A DNA stretch of 64,000 nt from an uncultured Methanosarcinaceae archaeon. GTDB taxonomy: Archaea > Halobacteriota > Methanosarcinia > Methanosarcinales > Methanosarcinaceae. The position numbers and the translations under genes are program-made. Each line of letters begins with the position of its first letter. The first letter of the stretch is position 1. A model generated the notes under the pieces. It saw only the letters and a list, made by a program, of their open reading frames with translations, was not told the DNA's origin and searched no databases. The stretch is from positions 384,001-448,000 of the forward strand of contig CAVTET010000004.1 in NCBI GenBank assembly GCA_963733675.1. The letters run 5' to 3'. This document shows positions 58,223 to 64,000 of the stretch, in pieces.

Positions 58223-58874
58223 CCTATTAATAGATCCAATTTTAAAGTCAACTCCGTTATTAAAACAATGCATCTTGAAATCTGTAAATTTTGATTTGCT
58301 CTATACCACTTTATTATTTTCAAAAATTTTAGATTTTTATGAAAGATTATTTTCTGCAAAATCAAGCATGTTAACAATTGGAAGAAGCTTGGAAGAGTTG
58401 TCCCTACTGTAGGTTCAGTTACAGTTATTCCGAAAATATAAGCCCAATAATATATTAATTCGAAATATGGCCAACATCTCCCAAGTAGCCCACCATGGCT
58501 TTTAATTCCCTGCTCTTTACATTACACTCTTTCAGGTCTGTTGGTAGTAGATGCAATACTACAATGCATAATCATCAACGTAATTATTTTAAATTAATTA
58601 TACAAAAAATAATTTCTAAACGAAAAACAATACTGGGTGATATTTTTCACAATCGAAAAACAATTTGAAATTTATAATTTTTCTATTATGCTTAAAATAT
58701 TTTAGTGCAACATAATTTTTATTTAAAAACTATTTTTCGTATAATTAATTTAAAATAATATATGAAAGTAATAAGCATTATAGTTACAATAAATTGTTTA
58801 TCTGAGCATCAAAAGTAATTTATTGCAATTACAGATTAAATATACTAAATGTACTAATATTTTGGGGTAATATA

Positions 58875-59168
58875 ATGGTATTCAATAGATCACCGGCTAT
58901 ATGTACATATCCTGATGAGAAATGTGAAAACTTGATAATTGAAGTAGTCCTTCCAGGAGTCGAAAAGAAAGATATTTCTTTCAAGATTGCTGAAGACGTT
59001 TTTTATGTAGATGCTAAGAAAGAAGGAATTAGGTATTGGGACAGTTATGTGCTCTGTTGCCCAGTAGACTCGGAAAAAGCAGTTGCTAAATACTCAAATG
59101 GCATGCTTAACGTCACAGTACCTTATAAATTACCCTTAGAAAAATTAACTGAAGTTAAAATCGAGTGA
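58875..59168 (+). CDS. Hsp20/alpha-crystallin family protein
   Basis: IEVVLPGVEKKDI, AKYSNGMLNVTVP. Confidence 0.85.
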   Translation: MVFNRSPAICTYPDEKCENLIIEVVLPGVEKKDISFKIAEDVFYVDAKKEGIRYWDSYVLCCPVDSEKAVAKYSNGMLNVTVPYKLPLEKLTEVKIE

Positions 59169-59856
59169 TGAAGTTAAAATCGAGTGATGTAGTGATTTAA
59201 GAAAAAATCTATAGTTGCTTAACTATAATTTTATTCATTTGTTAATCGGATCCCAAAACTCAAAATAAAGTAGTGTACTGAAATGTCTATAGAATCTACG
59301 AAGGAAGAAATTCAGAGTTGAAAATGATCATTAATCATTGATAAACTACGCATGACCAATAAGGCAGATGTGATATATAAATGGATGAAAATAAACCTTC
59401 AAAAGTTACTACTGGTTTTGGAATCTCTTTGGGGGTATGATCAAAAAGTCGGAGAACGTGGACCTGTTCTTATGTAGGACATTCATCTACTCTCGAAAGT
59501 AGTATATCTTCATTAATATTTTCGTTTTCCATGACTTTTTCATTTCATGAGAAAATAACCCATCACGAGCATAATCAATCTGTATGGTCTTCATTAAATT
59601 TTTCATCTCTTCATAAAGGTTTATTCGATTGAAGTAGAAAACAATTACTTAATACTTTAAGCACCCAAACTTAGAATCTTGTACTTGAGATTTCGAATCA
59701 CACAAATTAGATGTTAAGTTAATGGTATACTTTAGACGATTGCATGCAAAATGAAGTACATTTTTAGAAAACTACAGTGTTTCTCTACTAGCCGGAGAAG
59801 CTTGAACAGGCAACTATCCTAGCTTAACGCTATCCTAGCTTAACGAGATGATAATC

Positions 59857-60948
59857 ATGGCAGGATACCTGGATCTTTTTTCACAGTATCAGATGGGCGA
59901 TTTCACGTTGCCAAACCGCATAATTATGGCACCGATGACCCGCAGTAGGACAGGTTATGCTGACATCCCGGTCTCACTGATGGCCACTTATTATGTGCAG
60001 AGAGTCTCGGCTGGCATGATTATCACCGAGGGCTCACAGGTCAGCCCTCGGGGTGTGGGCGTCATGCATACGCCAGGCATATACTCTGCAGCACAAGTTG
60101 CTGGCTGGAAGAAGGTGACGGTTCCAGTTCACAAGGCTGGAGGTAGGATTTTCATCCAACTATGGCATGTAGGGCGAGTTTCCCATCCAGACTTCTTGGC
60201 TGGCGCTCTTCCTGTCGCACCATCAGCGCTACCTGTTGAAGGCTTTGTCCATACACCCGCTGGGAAAAAACAAATTTCAATGCCTAGGGCCCTGGATAGA
60301 GATGAGGTACCGAACATCATCAGGCAGTTTCGGCAGGCTGCGGAGAACGCCAAAGACGCCGGCTTCGATGGTGTAGAAATCCATGGTGCTAACGGCTACC
60401 TGCTGGACCAATTCTTGCGGAGCGGGTCCAACAATCTAACCGATAAGTACGGTGGCAACCTTGAGAGCCGGGCCCGTTTGCCTCTTGAGGTCACGAAAGC
60501 TGTCATCGAGGTATGGGGTGGTGACCATGTAGGCTACCGTATCTCCCCGCATAATAGCGACCATTCTATGTCGGATGCCAATCCACAGGAGACCTTTTCC
60601 GATTTCACCAAAGAATTGAGCAAAACTGGCCTAGGCTACCTTCATATAATTGAGCCCATAGGAGGTAGAATGGAGTTCGTACCACCAGAGGCACGGTTTG
60701 GTCCTAGTCTGCGTAGGATCTTCGAAAGGACGTTAATACTGAACGGCGGCTATGACCTACACAGCGGGAACGAGGCTATTGCCAGAAGAGAAGCCGACAT
60801 GATAGCCTTTGGAATACCGTTTCTGGCTAATCCGGGCCTTCCAGAACGTTTTAGGCAGAATGCACCGCTGAATGAGCCAGAATTGGATACATTCTACGTT
60901 GGTGGCGCGAAAGGATACACGGATTATCCGTCCCTGGTCTATAGATGA
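59857..60948 (+). CDS. Old yellow enzyme / NemA-like alkene reductase
   Basis: NRIIMAPMTRSR, QLWHVGR, GFDGVEIHGANGYLLDQFL, GYTDYP. Confidence 0.93.
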   Translation: MAGYLDLFSQYQMGDFTLPNRIIMAPMTRSRTGYADIPVSLMATYYVQRVSAGMIITEGSQVSPRGVGVMHTPGIYSAAQVAGWKKVTVPVHKAGGRIFIQLWHVGRVSHPDFLAGALPVAPSALPVEGFVHTPAGKKQISMPRALDRDEVPNIIRQFRQAAENAKDAGFDGVEIHGANGYLLDQFLRSGSNNLTDKYGGNLESRARLPLEVTKAVIEVWGGDHVGYRISPHNSDHSMSDANPQETFSDFTKELSKTGLGYLHIIEPIGGRMEFVPPEARFGPSLRRIFERTLILNGGYDLHSGNEAIARREADMIAFGIPFLANPGLPERFRQNAPLNEPELDTFYVGGAKGYTDYPSLVYR

Positions 60949-61052
60949 CATGTCTCAAAGCATAGGGTTCGGTTGCAGGAATGATATTTCATTAGTTTGC
61001 TACCATAATTATTTTTTTTATTCGTATTGATCTGATGATGGAATTAATTTTG

Positions 61053-61201
61053 GGTTCCGTTGCAAAAATAATAGTTCTGCAATTTGACACTATAATTTTC
61101 ACCTTTAGGTGTAATTTTCTTTCTAATGAAAATGATTAACTTTCCTAATTGTGAATGTTTCACTGATTTTGTAACAAAGCTAGATTTTTTGCACCACAAC
61201 C
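61053..61201. mobile_element. IS6-derived MITE, left bracket (canonical left end, variant right end)
   Basis: GGTTCCGTTGCAAAAA ... TTTTTGCACCACAACC. Confidence 0.88.
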
Positions 61202-61229
61202 CGAATTCTATCAAGAGATTGGGACTAAG

Positions 61230-62098
61230 GATGACCAAGGCCAAGGTCGGTTTTGACCAGAGGGGGTCCGACTGGTTGTTTCCATCTCCATGCAATTTGA
61301 AGCTAACGGACAGCCATCCAAAGGTACAGACAGCCCCTTCCCAAAAGTCGATTTCCCCCCAGCGTTCCATCGAATGCAGCAACCAACACCTGGTTTGCTT
61401 ACGGCTATCGCGAGGGTATTCCGCGCATGCTCGACCTGTGGGATCGCCACGGCATCAAAGTCACTTCGCATATGATCGGCGAAGCGGCCCGGCATCATCC
61501 GGATCTGGCCAAGGAGATTGTCGATCGTGGCCATGAGGCTGCTGGACATGGTCCACACTGGAGTTCACAATATGCAATGAGTCGCGAGGAAGAAAGAACA
61601 TTCCTCGCCCAGGCAGCCAGCATGGTCGAAACAGTCACCGGTCAGCGACCAATCGGCTACAACTGTAACTGGTTGAGGCGCAGCCCTAACACACTGTCGC
61701 TGCTGCAGGAATTGGGCTACGTCTACCATATCGACGATGTCAGCAGCGACGAACCGTTCATCGAGCAAGTGAATGGCAAGGACTTCGTCGTCATTCCCTA
61801 CACGCTGCATAACAATGATATCCTACTAATCGAGGATCGCAACTACTCTCCAGCAAAATTCCTCGACCAGATCAAGCTGGACTTCGACCAACTCTACGAC
61901 GAAGCCGGCACACGCCGCCGCATGATGTCTGTCAGCGCTCACGACCGTATCTGCGGCGAACCGCTGATAGTGCGCATGTGGGACGACTTTCTGCGCTACG
62001 CGAAAAGTCGGTCGGATGTGGCTTTTCTGCGCAAGGATGAAATCGCACGCTACGTGTTGCAGAGTCCGCTTACCCTGCGCGAGACCGAAACCATCTAA
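61230..62098 (+). pseudogene. GC-rich polysaccharide deacetylase (PuuE/allantoinase-like) gene with two 5' frameshifts
   Basis: PEGVRLVVSISMQFEA / TWFAYGYREGIPRMLDLW / HEAAGHG / RRMMSVSAHDRI; frame breaks near 61253 and in the C-run near 61357. Confidence 0.8.
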
Positions 62099-62198
62099 CC
62101 TCGCAACAGAGGAGCTGAATCCCGCGTTTGATGGTGCTTATCATATTGATTACCTTCCTAGATTTCGTTGCAAAAATTTCAAAATAAGCATGTGAATC

Positions 62199-62348
62199 GG
62201 TTGTGGTGCAAAAATAATATTTCTGCATTTTGACACTATAATTTTCACCTTTCTGTGCCATTTTCTTTCTAATGAAAATGATTAACTTTCCTAATTGTGA
62301 AGGTTTTTTCTTATTTTGCAAGAAAGCCAGATTTTTTGCAACGGAACC
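62199..62348. mobile_element. IS6-derived MITE, right bracket (variant left end, canonical right end)
   Basis: GGTTGTGGTGCAAAAA ... TTTTTGCAACGGAACC; direct repeat of 61053-61201. Confidence 0.88.
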
Positions 62349-62349
62349 T

Positions 62350-62960
62350 TTTTGAGTCCATAAGTTTAACAAAACAATTTTCTGAGGCAGATCTGAAGCT
62401 GACATAATTCTTATGTTTAAAATTCTTGTTTTAAAGTGATGTAATAGTCCTTGATTTTGAATTTGAGAAAAATGTATCAAGCGAATTTCTTTTAGAAAAT
62501 TTCTTGGTTTTCCTGACCACATACCAGACAATACTGCAGCTTGGTTATTATTTATCCAATCAGATCCTGGACATGCAAACATGATAAACCTAGAGGGAAC
62601 GAAGCAAAAACAAGGAGAAACAGAGCTGGAACCTGGGCAAAAGGGGGGTAAATAACATTTTATATATAAATTCTATTTGTGTAAAATAGGGATTATGAGC
62701 TGTTCAGGAGATCCAATACAACAATTGAATCACTTCATGATTCGAGAGTAAATTTGCCCTAATAAAATGAAATGGGTTACAGAGACAGAGTATACTTGGG
62801 AGCAAATTCAATGATTAAACTATGAAAAGAGCAGTAAATGAACATCCTCTGACAATGACTGATATATTAAAAAACGAGAATATCAGCCCAAAAAAGCTTC
62901 ATGGAAACGAGTTTATGCCGGAACTAATGAAATATTCAAAGGAGGAATAGTTCTTGTAAC
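62350..62960 (+). mobile_element. IS5-family transposase remnant with internal deletion
   Basis: GRSEADIILMFKILVL, RISFRKFLGFPDHIPD, IQSDPGHA, KPRGNEAKTRRNRAGTW; same family as 32690-33670. Confidence 0.75.
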
Positions 62961-62991
62961 GACTGTTCAAAGAGTAAATCTAAGGAATTTT

Positions 62992-63191
62992 TTTGTACAA
63001 CTTCTTGTTATTATCTCTATCATTTGATTTCATTGAAAATAAAAGGAATATTTTAAGAATGGCGAAAGATATCTTTAGAATTAAAGAATAAGGATCCAAA
63101 AAAAAATGGGTCAAATACAAAAATTAGTGAGAAAGATTTGGACAAAATTCCCGCGAAGAGAACAAATTAGGGTAAATCGGAATCCTCTTAT
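62992..63191 (+). repeat. ~200-bp dispersed repeat, copy B
   Basis: Aligns by eye with 38403-38607. Confidence 0.75.
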
Positions 63192-63546
63192 ATTTTTAAA
63201 AAGTGAACAAATTTGTTGGACATCTGCAGAAAACTATATTTCTTTAAGGATCCATTCATTTGAAGTTTTGATAAATTTATAATTTCAATCAGTTAATTTG
63301 TTTAATAAAACATCTTTTTTCGATTTCTATCAGAAACTTTATATATTAACTATCGTATTTTAATTATGATTCATCTTCAAATTATCGACCAGGCAATTCG
63401 GAGAAAGTAGAAAATATACATTTTGACTATGATTTTTTTTAATTGCATCTGTCTTTAATTGCATCTATCGATTAGGTGAATCAGAAACAAGAAACACTGA
63501 TTTGGACAATATCGGGTTTATATAGTTATCCAGAGGAGAATTCAAG

Positions 63547-63891
63547 ATGAAAAAATATCTTTTACCAATGGTTTTATTATTTGTAATCTTAATGCCAGCA
63601 GCTTTCGCGACAGGCGATGTAAAAGTTAATGACTTTTCTGCTAGCAATACAAGTGGGAATGTACCTTTACATATATATTTTAATGGTAGCGTTACCGGGA
63701 ACATCACTAATTGGCAATGGCAGTTTAAGAATGTAGGAACAGGAGCTATTACTCATAGCACTGCAAATGTAACAACTGTCCATACTTTTGGCAAACCTGG
63801 AGTTTATGATGTTACATTGACAGTATGGGGGCCAAACGGTAAAGATACACTTACAAAGCCAGCCTATATAACTGCTAGTAATAGCAATTAA
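63547..63891 (+). CDS. Small secreted PKD-domain protein
   Basis: Signal peptide; FSASNTSGNVPL, WQWQF, HTFGKPGVYDVTLTV. Confidence 0.88.
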   Translation: MKKYLLPMVLLFVILMPAAFATGDVKVNDFSASNTSGNVPLHIYFNGSVTGNITNWQWQFKNVGTGAITHSTANVTTVHTFGKPGVYDVTLTVWGPNGKDTLTKPAYITASNSN

Positions 63892-63913
63892 AGTTCACAG
63901 TTACTGCATTTTC

Positions 63914-64000
63914 GGTTCCGTTGCAAAAATCCTTTCTAATGATACAATAGAATAAAAAGAAAACCAAAGATAGTAATATGGTATCTAATTCCTTTAAATG
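63914..64000 (+). mobile_element. IS6-family element copy 4 (left end, runs off the window)
   Basis: TIR and leader match 54923 onward; transposase ATG at 63978. Confidence 0.93.

Noticed and set aside
58104-58412. ORFs 58104-58412, 61044-61382 and 62070-62582
   Set aside because: They are translations through MITE sequence; their mutual similarity comes from the repeat
53982-63891. Integron-like cassette array
   Set aside because: No tyrosine integrase or attC-like sites; boundaries are IS6/MITE ends

Overview
AT-rich archaeal chromosome segment whose gene content, IS types and repeats point to a Methanosarcina-like methanogen (inference). From left to right: (1) a kdpABC operon with a kinase-less kdpD; (2) decayed secreted, pentapeptide and CHAT genes; (3) phoU, then a tandemly duplicated three-gene module (Nramp-related Mg2+ transporter, small membrane protein, soluble MgtE-N/CBS protein) around a CDF transporter, and a divergent NitT/TauT-like ABC pair; (4) a 2,3-diacetamido-uronic acid (Wbp-like) sugar cluster, tRNA-Cys with a decayed twin, pdxST and ribK(RbkR)-ribB with operator palindromes; (5) a Gly/Trp/Cys-rich secreted protein and a co-oriented ahcY-mat-purA-pfkB module in which ahcY and purA are pseudogenes; (6) an accessory end region with a methyltransferase, Hsp20, old yellow enzyme, a GC-rich deacetylase and a PKD protein. 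The window holds four copies of one IS6 element, four ~150-bp IS6-derived MITEs, and IS5/IS200 relics. The most unusual structure is a foreign GC-rich gene bracketed by two direct-repeat MITEs with reciprocally hybrid ends, as expected if a MITE-based translocatable unit had integrated. All calls come from reading the sequence and recognising motifs; no searches were run.
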